This document shows positions 34,101-46,757 of a stretch of 64,000 nt of DNA, piece by piece. Made by a program: the position numbers and the translations under genes. Positions within the stretch are counted from its first letter, which is position 1; every line of letters begins with the position of its first letter. The stretch lies in assembly GCF_009914755.1 (NCBI RefSeq), contig NC_060929.1; one strand, given 5' to 3'. The notes under the pieces are model-generated. The model was not told the DNA's origin and did no database searches. It was given only the letters and a program-made list of their open reading frames with translations. Source of the DNA: the human T2T-CHM13v2.0 reference genome, Homo sapiens.

Positions 34101-35451
34101 CTCCCCAACACATGTTATGAGGCCAGCATCATCCTGATACCAAAACCTGGCAGAGAAACAACAAAAAGAGAAAACTTCAGGCCATATCCCTGATGAACAT
34201 CGATGCAAAAATCCTCAATGAAGTATTGACAAACCAAATCCAGCAGCACATCAAAAAACTTATCCACCATGATAAAATCAGCTTCATCCTTGGGATGAAG
34301 GCTGGCTCATGCAAATCAATAAACATAACCCATCACATAAGCAGAACCAAAGACAAAAACCACATGATTATCTCAATAGATGCAGAAAAGGCCTTTAATA
34401 AAATTTATCATCCCTTCTTCTTAAAAACCCTCAATAAACTAGGTATTGATGGAACATATATCAAAATAATAAGAGCTATTTATGACAAATCCATAACCAG
34501 TATCATGTTGAATGGGCAAAACCTGGAAGCATTCCCTTTGAAAACCAGTACAAGACATGGATGCCCTCTCTCACAACTCCTATTCAACATAGTATTGGAA
34601 GTTCAGGCCAGGGCAATCAGGCAAAAGAAAGAAGTAAAGGTATTCAAATAAGAAGGGAGGAAGTAAATTTGCCTCTATTTGCAAACGACATGATTCTATA
34701 TTTAGAAAACCCCACCACCTCAGCCCCAAAACTCCTTAAGCTAATAAGCAATTTCAGCAAAGTCTCAGGATAAAAAATCAATGTGCAAAAATCACAGGCA
34801 TTCCTTTACACCAATAACAGACAAGCAGAGAGCCAAATCATGAATGGACTCCCATTTACAATTGCTACAAAGAGAATAAAATACCTAGGAATTCAGCTAA
34901 CAAGGAATGTGAAGGACCTCTTCAAGGAGAACTACAAACCACTGCTCAAGGAAATGAGAGGACACAAACAAATGGCAAAATATTCCATCCTCATGGATAA
35001 GAAGAATCAATATTGTGAAAATGGCCATATTGCCCAAAGTAATTTATAGATTCAGTGTTATTCCCATCAAGCTACCATTGACATTCTTCACACAATTAAA
35101 AAAAAAAACTACTTGAAATTTCATATGGAATCAAAGAATACCCTGTATAGCCAAGACAATCCTAAGCAAAAAGAACAAAGCTGGAGGCATCACGCCACCT
35201 GACTTCAAACTATATTAGAAAACCAAATACTGCATGCTCTCACTCATAAGTGGGAGTTGAACAATGAGAACACATGGACACAGGGAAGGGAACAACACAC
35301 ACCGGGGCCCGTTGGGGGGTGGCAGGGAGACGGGAGGGAACCTAGATGACTGGTCATTAGGTGTAGCAAGCCACCATGGCACATGTATACCTATGTAACA
35401 AACCTGCACGTTCTGCACATGTATTCCAGAACTTAAAATTAAAAAAAAAAA
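31112..35451 (+). mobile_element. L1PA8-type LINE-1, 5'-truncated, with ~1.1-kb internal deletion
   Basis: ORF1, EN and RT remnants. Perfect 13-bp TSD AAAGAACATTACT (31099-31111, 35452-35464). Confidence 0.95.
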
Positions 35452-36089
35452 AAAGAACATTACTCAGCCAATCTAAAAGAAGACAAGAAAAGAGAGATGA
35501 AGAAAAACAGGCCTCCACTGGGTAATGGGAGAGACAGAACTCTGGGCATCTGAAAAAGTTCTCCCTAGAGTATTTTTTTTCAGGTTAATTGAGATGTAAT
35601 TGGTATATAAAAAACTACTTTGTTAAGAAGGTACATCTCATGTTAACTGTTCTTACCTTTTAGATTATCCAGCTTAATATTGATCAGTGCATGCATGTGA
35701 GAAAACTACTAGAGGTTAAGGAAATAATTACTTGAAAGGCATGGAAGTAACAGTGCCTTCATTCCAAAGGATAAGGAGGAAGAATTTTAGCAAATTTTAT
35801 TAGTGAGTATAAATGAAAAAATCAAAAGCAAAATAATAGCAAACCAACTCCAACAATGTATGAGAATGATAATACACCACAAATATCATTCCAGCAAATA
35901 CAGAAAAAAATTGATAAACTTTAACACCCATCCATGAAAGAAATTCTTAATAAAATAAGCATAAAAGGGAATATTTACTTTGAAAAAAGGTACTTAGAAA
36001 CTATTACCGTAAACATTATACTAAATGAGATAGTTAGAAATATTCCGCTTAAAGGGAGAAATAAGATAAAAAATTTCATAGTTTTCTGG

Positions 36090-38634
36090 TTTATCTTTGT
36101 TTTTGTTTTACAAAAGTGTATCTGTATATTTTCCCTCTTTTTATGCACAAAAGGTAGCATTCAATTTATACTCTCTGCATTTTGTTTTTCTTACTTCACA
36201 ATACATCCTGGAAATCATGTTAGTTCATAGAGTTTTCTCACTCTTTTTTATAGCTTCATAATAACCTATTTTGTAGAAGTACCAAATGTGTGGGCATTTA
36301 GTTTGTTTCTATCTAATATTTTACAAGTACTACACTGTATAGTGTATACTACACTGTATAGTCTTTATGTATTTTCATATTGTTGAAGCTATAACTTAAA
36401 TGTAAATCCCTAAAAGTGAAGTCAAAAGATAAATGTACATTTAGGACTTTTTCATTTTTGCCTATTTCTTCTCCATAGCAGTTGAAACATTTTACATTCC
36501 CACGAGCATTGTATGAGGCTATTTTTTTCACACATATTTGCCAGCAGAATGTGCTGTCAAGTTCTTAAATTTTTTTCATCTAATGGGTGAAAAACAATAT
36601 ACCAGTGTTTTAGTTTTTATTTCTGTTGTTAGAATTGCAAATTACTGTTATGTTTGCAATTAATTGCACAGTCATACGTGTATGGAGGATTTTGATATTT
36701 TGGGGTGCATTGTCTATGTCCTTTTCCTCATTTTTAAAATAGATTTATGGTCAGAGTTTTGCGGAGAAAGCCCTTTTTTCTACTGATTAAGCCCTTTTCC
36801 CTTAATCTTAACAGTTTTTTATATACTAAATATAAGTTCAAATTTGTTATTTGTTCTTTCTTTAGTGATTTTTTCTTGTCATACAAAAGGTTTTAATTTT
36901 TATGATGTTTATCTTTGGGTTGACTGAATCTAGATTTAGAATTCGTTAGTGAGATTTCCTACATCCAGGTTATAGTAATTTAGCTGTCAACAATACCGAC
37001 ATGGTTTCAGTTATAAAGTTTTTAAGTCTGATCTATCTGGACTTCCTTCTGTATGTGATATTAGGTAAGATCCAACTTCTTTTTTTAATAAATAGCTATA
37101 TAAGAAAGAGAAACCACAAATTATTGAAATTTCTTAATTACAGAGTGTGGGAACAAGGAGTAAAAATAAGCATAATGAGTTATATCTTTCTGACTATGTC
37201 TTTATAAATACCTTTGGAACTATTAATGTTTTATATGTTTAAAAGTATAATTATATTAATAAGAATAAGGAAAAAATACAAAATATTTATACAAATAGGA
37301 ACAAATGACTATAAGTATATACCAAAATAATATAACCTCATAAAAGTGAAAATTAAAGACACAAATTCAATTAAATATACAATACTAGATGCTATATTCT
37401 TAGACTGAAGGCCAAAGGGAGGATAAAGAAATCTTGAACTTGACTTAATAGGTTTTGTTAGTAAGTTTTTTTTTTTTTTTTGCTGGACAGGATATAGCAA
37501 ATCTGTAAATGCTGTAGGATTGAGTAAATGACACACATTTGCTCTCAGGTCTTAGTTTTTAAGTACCATTTCACACTAAAAGTAACCAGAGCTTATTAGA
37601 GAAATGGATTATTATAGGGCTGAGGCAAGGCAAAATGTGAACTCTCAGTAAGTGATGGAGCTATCCTAAAACAATGTAGGAACTGGCTTAAAGACATTTC
37701 CACTGACCACATGAAGGAAAATTTGAACATTAAAATGTATAATGACAGTAATGCATAGCATAGTGAATTTTAAAACTTGACACATATACTGACTTTAAAT
37801 ATAAGCAAACAAAGTACAGTGAGAAAAGGAAAAGCTCTACTTTACAGCAGTATGTAGAACAAACAGTTTTCTTTTTTAATTTTTTAATCATCATTTTGCA
37901 GCCATCATTATAACAACTGATTCAGAAAAGGATCGTGAATGAAAGTTAAATAATTATGTGAAAGTTTGTGAGGCAACAGGTCATTTAAAAATCTCAAAAC
38001 ACCCCTCTCACAGTTTACATTTTCATTATGAAGGGGAAAGCATACTCTTATCATGGGAATATTAGATAACACAAATTAAAATATATTATAAAAACAAATC
38101 AGAAACTAAAGCTATAAACTTGAAAAACATCCATGTCATAAAAGAAAAAGAAAGGTAGAGGTAGTGTTCCAGGCTTTAGGAGACTAAACAGAGATGAAGA
38201 AAACACGCTTTGTGTAACTCTGGAGCAGACTTTAGATCAAGAAAAAAAATTATAAAGTATGGTATAATAACAATAAGGAAAATTTGAATATGGAATATAT
38301 ATTAGATACTAATAGTATATCAATATTTAATTTCCTCAAATTGACAATTTTATTTTTGTTATTTAAGAGAATTCCATTTTCTTAGGAGTAGCCTGCTGAA
38401 GATTTAAGAATGAGAAGTCATACTATGTGAAACATACTGTCAAGTAGTTTGGCAAAAAAAAATTTTTAAGAATGAAAATTTTATACATTTATGTATGTAT
38501 TTACACACACATAGTACTACATGCATATACATATGTGTGTATATATATTTATACATATATAAGACTTTATTACATTCTTTAACTTATATGTTAAATTTGT
38601 TCAAAGTAAATCTCAAATAAAAGTAAGAAATTTT
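36090..38634. mobile_element. L1MC4-like element: antisense segment 36090-37085 plus sense 3' UTR 37087-38634
   Basis: Antisense ORF2-end motifs, then sense AAGTACCATTTCACACTAAAAGTAACCAGAGC. Flanked by 39-bp direct repeats. Confidence 0.6.
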
Positions 38635-39294
38635 AAAGTAAGAGATAAGATAAACAATTTCATAGTGTTCTGGGGTTTTTTTGAGTTTTAAAATTTTAAA
38701 ATATTATGAACAGAATGGGGATGCCCACTATTGCCACATCTGCTTAATATTTTTCTTGAAGTCTTAGCTAGTGAAATCAAACAATAAAAATACTTAAACT
38801 GTAAGAATTTAAAAGAGGGAAATAAAATTCTCATCTTTTACAAAGATATAATTATCTTTGTGGATAATGTAAAAGAATATACTAAAAATTACGATGTTTT
38901 ATCAATATTACTGGATGTTACATTTTTATAAATCAGCAACAATTCAAAAATATTATTTTTAAAAGCACCATTTACAATAGCAGCAAAGTTGCAAAATACT
39001 TAAGATTAAATCTAACAAACATGTGCAAGACCAGTATGTGTAAAACTATTAAAATTTTCTAGAAAGAAATCAAAGGATATTAAATGAATGGAGGGCTATC
39101 ATATGTTTATGAATGGGAAGTCTTTTGAATGGGAAGTCTTTTAAATATATCTTTTCTTTTGCTAATTTGACCTACAGAGTCAAAGTAATTCTGTTAAAAA
39201 GCTCATGAGTTGTTTTTTTTTTTTTTTTCTTGGAAATGAGGAAGACAATTCTGTCAGCTATATGAAAAAATAAAGGCCAGTAATAGCAAGACAC

Positions 39295-39427
39295 TACTAA
39301 AGAAGAATGAAGAAGGTGAAAAAAAGCAGGAGGGGAAGGAAGTAGATAAATGGGAGGAGGAGGAGGAGGAAGAAGAACAAAACCAAGACTAACAAGAAGA
39401 ACAAGAAGGTGGAGGAAGAGGAGGAAC
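39295..39427. repeat. Purine-rich (GAA/GGA) low-complexity tract
   Basis: Read directly. Confidence 0.85.
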
Positions 39428-39892
39428 TTGCCCTAATATCTATTAAGACTTATGAAGATATGATAAATTTGACATTTGATATAGCTGGCATGACAGATCA
39501 GTGGAGAATGCAGAAAATATTCAATAAGTGAAGCTTGCAAAAATGGTTATCCACTTGGAAAAAGAGGAAATTGGAGCCATACCTCACATCATGCACAAAA
39601 TCAAATCCAGAAGGAATGTGAAATTAAAAGTAAAATAAAACAAAAGAAACACTTAAACTTTTATTAAAATATATAGTGGAATTTCTTTCTGAATTTAAAG
39701 TAGGAAATAACAGTTTAAGTGGGACACTTAAAAGCAATAATTCTAAAAGAAAAAATTGTTTATTTTTTCCATATTAAAGTTAAAATATTTTGTGTTTGCA
39801 AAAGTAATTTAAAGGATGGGTAAAATCAAACTTTATACTTTAATATGTTTAACAAATATAACTAACAAAAAATTAGGATTAAAAAAATGAAA

Positions 39893-40087
39893 ATAGAGGA
39901 CACTCAACTATGCATGGTTACCAGCCTCCTACTCTGGGCAGTGACTCCAAGCCAAACCCAAGTCTGAACTGGGGCTCTGAGGCCACTGGAGGACACCCAG
40001 CTCTGCAGTCCCCACAGTCTGAATGTTGAACCAGGACAGTTGAACTCCACTGCCTCAATCAAATCTTGAATGTTCCAAAAGCAGAGT
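39893..40087 (+). pseudogene. FXN: Frataxin processed pseudogene, 5' part (targeting-peptide region to about Ser72)
   Basis: CTCAATCAAATCTTGAATGTTCCAAAAGCAGAGT gives LNQILNV..KQS versus FXN LNQIWNVKKQS. Upstream ACACTC..GTTACCAGCCTCCTA resembles TL..VAGLL. The 5' boundary is approximate. Confidence 0.8.
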
Positions 40088-42893
40088 TGAAGGCATCAAG
40101 ATGGCCGACCACAAGCAGCTGGCACTCACCTCCTTTACAAAGAAGGACCAAAACAGTGAGTATATAGCCACACATCAAATATAGCATCTAAGAGAGAATA
40201 CTGGAATATAACAAGTAAGTGACAGACCACTGTGAAGCACAGGAGAGAGAAGTGAAGCAGCCATCCCAGTCACAATTGGCTCAGAGATAGGAGGGACGTC
40301 TCATCTTGGGGAAAAGGCAACCAAGCAATCCCTAATAGTATACTATCATAACATGGACACCTGTAATCCTAGCCACAGAAGAGTCCCTTAGCTCTCCCAG
40401 GCCCTGAGCCTAGTATAGGGAGATGCCTGGAGTCCAGGTGACTGCATTGTTCCAGAGAAGAAATTCATGCTTGGTCCACCTCATCCTGTGAAACCCAAGC
40501 TACTGCAACATTGTGCAATTTTTAGAGATTAGTCCCTACCATACTACATCCTGCCCTGGGACCCAATAGTCCCTCCATCTCCACATACCTGGATCCCTGC
40601 TGACATTCCCCTACATTCACCTGGAGGGCTTCAGTGTTGTGATGCCAGCTGGATGCAGCTGTGTGGCTGGATCCCCAGTACTCTAGACCACTCAGTGTCC
40701 TATACCCCAGGGAACAGGGGTCCAGCAAACCAGGCAGAGTGGCCACAAAGCAAAGGGCCCTAAAGCATGCACTCCTCAGAGCCTTGGAGCCTCCTGCCTG
40801 CGGCCACTGCCACTGACAGCAAACCTGCCCTCTCTAGCAATGGGGCTGCCATGCACCTCTGTATGACTTGAGAAGCCCTGAGGACCAGCCTATGTGTACC
40901 ATCCAAGGAGCTGAAAGGTGGATCCGCCATGCCTACTGCTGACACTGGCATTCATAAATCCTCTCCAGGAGCCTGGAGAGTAGCCAGCCTTCCCAGCAAC
41001 TGCCAGCACCCATATGCACCATCTAGCAGCCTGAGGATTGGCCTGCTCCACATGCCATTGCCAGCACTCACAAGTCTCCCTGGGGGCCCGAGAACTGGCC
41101 CACTGAGGCCCCATATCACTACTATGTGATATGCAGTGCCTGCATATGCTGCTGATGGGTCTGAAGACTGGCATGTCTATGGCCGCTATCACCAGTGCCC
41201 ATGCATGCCACTCAGAGGCCCAAGGACAAGCCCTCCAGGTGTCCCTATCCCCAGCAAACCTTTGCCAGAGCCTCCACTAACAACCACAGCCTAAGCCACT
41301 GAGAAACCTGCAGGCACTACTAATGTTGATTACAGCCAAAGAAATAATATGGAGACTACCTGACTGTTTCTCACCCAGAATCAAAGCCAAAGCACCCTAC
41401 CCAACCAATTCTATAGATACATCCACAAGAAAGTCTTTTTCAACAAAAGTCAATACATAAAAGTGTAAGAAGCAACTGATATACCAAATACATAGATATC
41501 AACATAAAGACACAAGAAACATGAAAAAGCAGAGAAACATGATATCTCCAAAGGAACACAATAATTCTCAAGTAATGGATGCCAAAGAAAATAAAATTAC
41601 AAAATGCCTGAAAAAGAATTCTAAGCATGATCTTAAGGAAACTCAGCAAGATACAAAAGAACACAGGAAATACAAAAATCTGCATAAAAAATTGAACCAA
41701 GAGATAGATATCATTAAAAAAGAGCCAAACATAAATCCTAGAACTAAAAAAGACAGTGAATGAAGTAAAAAATACAACCAATGGCTTCAACAATAGATTA
41801 GATCAGGCAGAAGAATTTTTGGGCTTGAAGACAGATCTTTTGAAATAACCCAATCAGACAAAAAAAAAAAAGAATTTAAAAAGTCACCATGATATATAGG
41901 ACACTATAAAGTGAACAAGTATTCAAATTTTCGTAATACCAGAAGAAGAAGAGATGGGAAAAAACACTGAGGTACTCACAGACAGTGCTAACATGCCAAA
42001 GAAATCATATGGAGACTACATTACTGTGCCCACCCAGTATCAAACCCAAAGCACCTTACCCGATCAACTCTATAGATACATCTACAAGAAAAAGTCTTTC
42101 CCAACAAAAGCCATTCCATAAAATTGAAAGATGCAAATGATACACCAATTATGCAGATAACAACCTAAGGACACATGAAAAAGTAAGGAAACATGACACT
42201 CCATGTTTCCCTACTTAATGAAATCATAGCTGAAAAATTCCCAAGTTTTGTAAGAGATATAAACATCTGGCTATAGGAGGTCAAAACTCCCAAAATTTCC
42301 ATCCAAAAAGGTCTTTTCTTAGGCACATTATAGTCAAACCATCAAAGTCAAAGACAGAGAATTCAAAACAGCAAGAGAAAAGTATCAAGTCAGATCCAAG
42401 GAAATCCTCAGCAAACTAACAGAAAATTTATCATCAGAAACCCTACATGCCAGGAGAGAATGACATAATCAAAGTGCTGAAGGAAAAAGTTGCCAAACAA
42501 GAATACTATGCCTAGTAAAGTTATCCTTCAGAGATTATAGAGAAATAAAGTTTTTCATTATTTCTCAGATAAGCAAAATCTGAGGGAATTCATCACCATT
42601 AGGGGACCCTACAAGAAAAACTTAAGGGAGTTTTACATATAGAAGCAAAAGCACAACTACTATCATGAAAACGTATTAAAGTTTAAAACTCACTGGTAGA
42701 TCAGATACACAAATAAGAAAGAGAAGGGATTCAAATGTTATCTCTATAGAAAACCACAAAATCATAAAGAGGAAGAAGGTGTAGGTAAAACAATCAGAAA
42801 ACAATTAACAAATGACAGAAATCAGTTCTCACCTTTCAGTAGAATCTTCAAATGTAAATGGCTTCAGTTCCAAATTAAAAGATATAGAACTGA

Positions 42894-43200
<307 letters not shown>

Positions 43201-43827
43201 TGAAAAAATTTTTTTAAAAATTATATGCTGCCTGGAAGAAACTCAGTTCACTTGTAGACACATAGACTGAAAGAGAAGGGATAATAAAAAAAATTATACA
43301 AATGGAAAACAAAAGCATGCAGAGGTGGGTATACTTGTATCAGGCAAAATAGACTTAAAGAACATAGAAAAAGACAAAGAAAGTTATTATGTAATGATAA
43401 AGGGATCAAGTAAGCAAAAAGACATAAGAATTGTAAATATATATGTAACCAACACTTGAACACCCTGTAAAGCAAACATTATTTGATCTACAAAGAGAGA
43501 TACATCCCAATACAATAATAGTTGGAGGAATCAACATCTTACATTCAGCATTAGACAGATCATCTACACATAAGATTAACACAGAAACATCAGACTTAAT
43601 CTGCACTATAGAGCAAGTGGACCTAACAGGCACTTATGGAGCACTTCATCCAACAGGTGCAGAATACATATTCTTCTTAACATCACATAGAATATTCTCC
43701 AGTATAGAAAATATATTAGGTCACAAAAAAAGTGTCAACAAATTTTTTAAAACCAAAATTATATCAGGTATCTTATCAAAACACAACTGAATAAAACTAG
43801 AAATTAATTAGAACCTTGAAAATAATG

Positions 43828-45492
43828 TGGAGGTGGCTGGCAAGATGGACAAATAGGAACAGCTCTGGTCTGCAGCTCCCAGCGAGACCAACATAGAAGG
43901 TGAGTGATTTCTGCATTTCCAGATGAGGTACCTGGCTCATCTCATTGGGACTGATTAGACAGTGGGTGCAGCCCATGGAGGGCGAGCCAAAGTAGGGTGA
44001 GGCGTTACCTCACCCGGGAAGCGCAAGGGGTCAAGGAACTCCCTCCCCAGCCAAGGAAAGCCACGAGGGACTGTGCCATGAGGAAGAGTGCACTCCAGCC
44101 CAGATACTATGCTTTTCCCACAGTATTCGCAACCCATAGACCAGGAGATTCCCTCGGGTGCCTATGCCAACAGGGCCCTGGGTTTCAAGCACAAAACTGG
44201 GAGACAACTCTGACAAAAACAAGCAATGGGGAAAGGATTCCCTATTTAATAAATGGTGTTGGGAAAACTGGCTAGCCATATGGAGAAAACTGAAATGATC
44301 CCTTCCTTATACCTTATACAAAAATAAACTCAAGATGGATTAAAGACTTAAATATAAGACCTAAATCCATAAAAACCCTAGAAGAAAACCTAGGCAATAC
44401 CATTCAGGATATAGGCATGGGCAAAGACTTCATGACTAAAACACCAAAAGCAATGGCAACAAAAACAAAAACTGACAAATGGGATCTACTTAAACTAAAG
44501 AGCTTCTGCACACACACAAAAAAAACTATCAGCAGAGTGAACAGGCAACCTACAGAATGGGAGAAAATTTTTGCAAATCTATCCATCTGACAAAGGGCTA
44601 ATATCCAGAATATAGAAGGAACTTAAACAAATTTACAAGAAAAAAATAAACAAACCCATCAAAAAGTGGGTGAAGTATATAAACAGACACTTCTCAAAAG
44701 AAGACATCTATGCGGCCAACAAATATATGAAAAAAAGCTCATCATCACTAGTCGTTAGAGAAATGCAAATCAAAACCAAAATGAGATACCATCTCATGTC
44801 AGTTAGAATGATGATCATTAAAATGTCAGGAAACAACAGATGCTGGAGAGGATGTGGAGAAACAGGAATGCTATTACACTGTTGGTGGGAGTGTAAATTA
44901 GTTCAACCATTGTGGAAGACAGTGTGGTAATTCCTCAAGGATATAGAACCAGAAATACCACTTGTCCCAGCAATCCCATTACTGGGTATATACCCAAAGA
45001 ATTGTAAATCATTCTACTATAAAGACACATGCACACGTATGTTTATTACAACATTATTCACAATAGCAAAGACTTGGAACCAACCCAAATGCCCATCAAT
45101 GATAGATTGGATAAAGTAAATGTGGCACATATACACCATGGAATACTATGCAGCCATAAAAATGGTGAGTTCATGTCCTTTGCAGGGACATGGATGAAGC
45201 TGGAAACCATCATTCTCAGCAAACTAACACAGGAACAGAAAACGAACCCCTGCATGTTCTCACTCATAAGTGGGAGCTGAACAATGAGAACACATGGACA
45301 CAGGGAGGAGAACATCACACACTGGGGCCTGTCAGGGCGTGGGGGCTAGGGGAGGGATAGCATTAGGACAAATACCTAATGTAGATGAAGGGTGATGGGT
45401 GCAGCAAACCACCATGGCATGTGTATACCTCTGTAACAAACCTGCATGTTCTGCAGATGTATCCCAGAACTTAAAGTATAATAAAAAAGAAA
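43828..45492 (+). mobile_element. L1PA7-type element: 5' UTR start fused to the ORF2 3' end
   Basis: GGCTGGCAAGATGGACAAATAGGAACAGCTC start, junction near 44203, TSD GAAAATAATG (43818-43827, 45493-45502). Confidence 0.92.
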
Positions 45493-45567
45493 GAAAATAA
45501 TGCAAACAAATGGAAATTAAATGACATGCTCAAAATGGCCACTGAGTCAATAAAAAAATTAAGTAGG

Positions 45568-45984
45568 TAATGTGGCTTGAATATTTGTCCCCTTCAAATA
45601 TCATGTTGAAATGTTATTCCCAATGTTGAAAATGGGGCCTGGTGGGAGGTGATTGGATCATGGGGACAGATACCTCAAGAATGGTTTAGCACTATCCCCT
45701 TGGTGTTAAGTCAGTTCTCAGTTAGTTCACATAGGATTTGATTGTTTAAAAGACTCTAAGACATCCACCTTCTCTCTCTTGCTCCTGCTCTCGTCATATG
45801 ACATGCTGCTTTTGCTTTGCCTTCTACCATGAATAAGAGCTCCCTGAGGTCTCACCAGAAGCCAAAGGGATGTCATCACCATGCTTCCTTTGCAGCCTGC
45901 AGAACTGTGAGCCAATTAAACTTATTTTCTTCATAAATTACCCATCCTTGGGTATTTATAGCAATGTAAGAATGGCCTAACACA
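45568..45984 (+). mobile_element. MSTB-like solo LTR
   Basis: GGGGCCTGGTGGGAGGTGATTGGATCATGGGG..CAGAACTGTGAGCCAATTAAAC. TSD GTAGG/GAAGG. Confidence 0.9.
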
Positions 45985-46757
45985 GAAGGATAACCCAAAA
46001 ACTTCTCAAAACGAATGGAAATGTAAACAACATACCAAAACCTATGGCATACCACAAAAGCAGTGCTAAAAGGAAAACTTACAGCAATAAGCACCTACCT
46101 GGCATAAAGTAGAAAGATTTATAATAAGCAATGTAAAAATGTACCTCAAGAAACTAGAAAAGCAAGAACAAATCAAACCCAAAATTAATGTAAGAAAAAA
46201 CATAATAAGTATCAGAGAACAAGTAAATAATATAGTCTTTAAAAATACAAAGAATCAACAAAATGATAACTTGGTTTTTTGAAAGATAAACAATATCAAT
46301 GAACCACTAGTTAGGCTAACCAGGAAAAAAAGAAAGAATATCAAAATAAATAAAATGACCAATGAAAAAGGAAACATTACATCACATAGCACAAAAATAT
46401 TTTATGGTTAAGGCTTTAGAAGCATAGGCAACAAAAGCAAAAATTACAAATGAGATTACATCAAGCTAAAAAGCTTCTACACATCAAAGGAAACAATTAT
46501 CAGAGTAAAGAGACAACCTGTAAAATGGGATAAAATATTTGCAAATATCTAGAATATACAAGGAACTGAACTCAAATGCAAAAAAAAAACAACTAATAAT
46601 CCCATTAAAAACTGGTCACAGGATCTAAATAGAAACTTTTCAAAAGAAGATATACAAATGTCCAACAAATATATGAAAAAATGTTCAATATCACTGATAA
46701 TCAGGGAAATGCAAATCAAAATCTCAATGCAATATCATCTCACCCCAGTTAGAATGA

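Larger units (their letters stand above)
35760..39885 (+). mobile_element. Old L1M ORF2 (35760-36070 and 38715-39885), split by an L1MC insertion
   Basis: RT-region motifs stop at ATATTCCGCTTAAAG..AATAAGATA and resume at GGATGCCCACTATTGCCAC. Confidence 0.65.

Noticed and set aside
36328-36362. Short duplication TACTACACTGTATAGT (also a 16-bp duplication at 39110-39141)
   Set aside because: Ordinary slippage duplications within old L1.
39295-39427. GAA-rich tract just upstream of the FXN retrocopy as a Friedreich GAA analogue
   Set aside because: The disease repeat is in FXN intron 1, which a processed copy lacks. This tract lies inside an old L1, so the proximity is treated as coincidence.
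39910-40068. 52-codon ATG ORF (MHGYQPPTLG...) in the FXN 5' fragment
   Set aside because: Out of the FXN frame at the recognisable motifs, short, and no promoter evidence.
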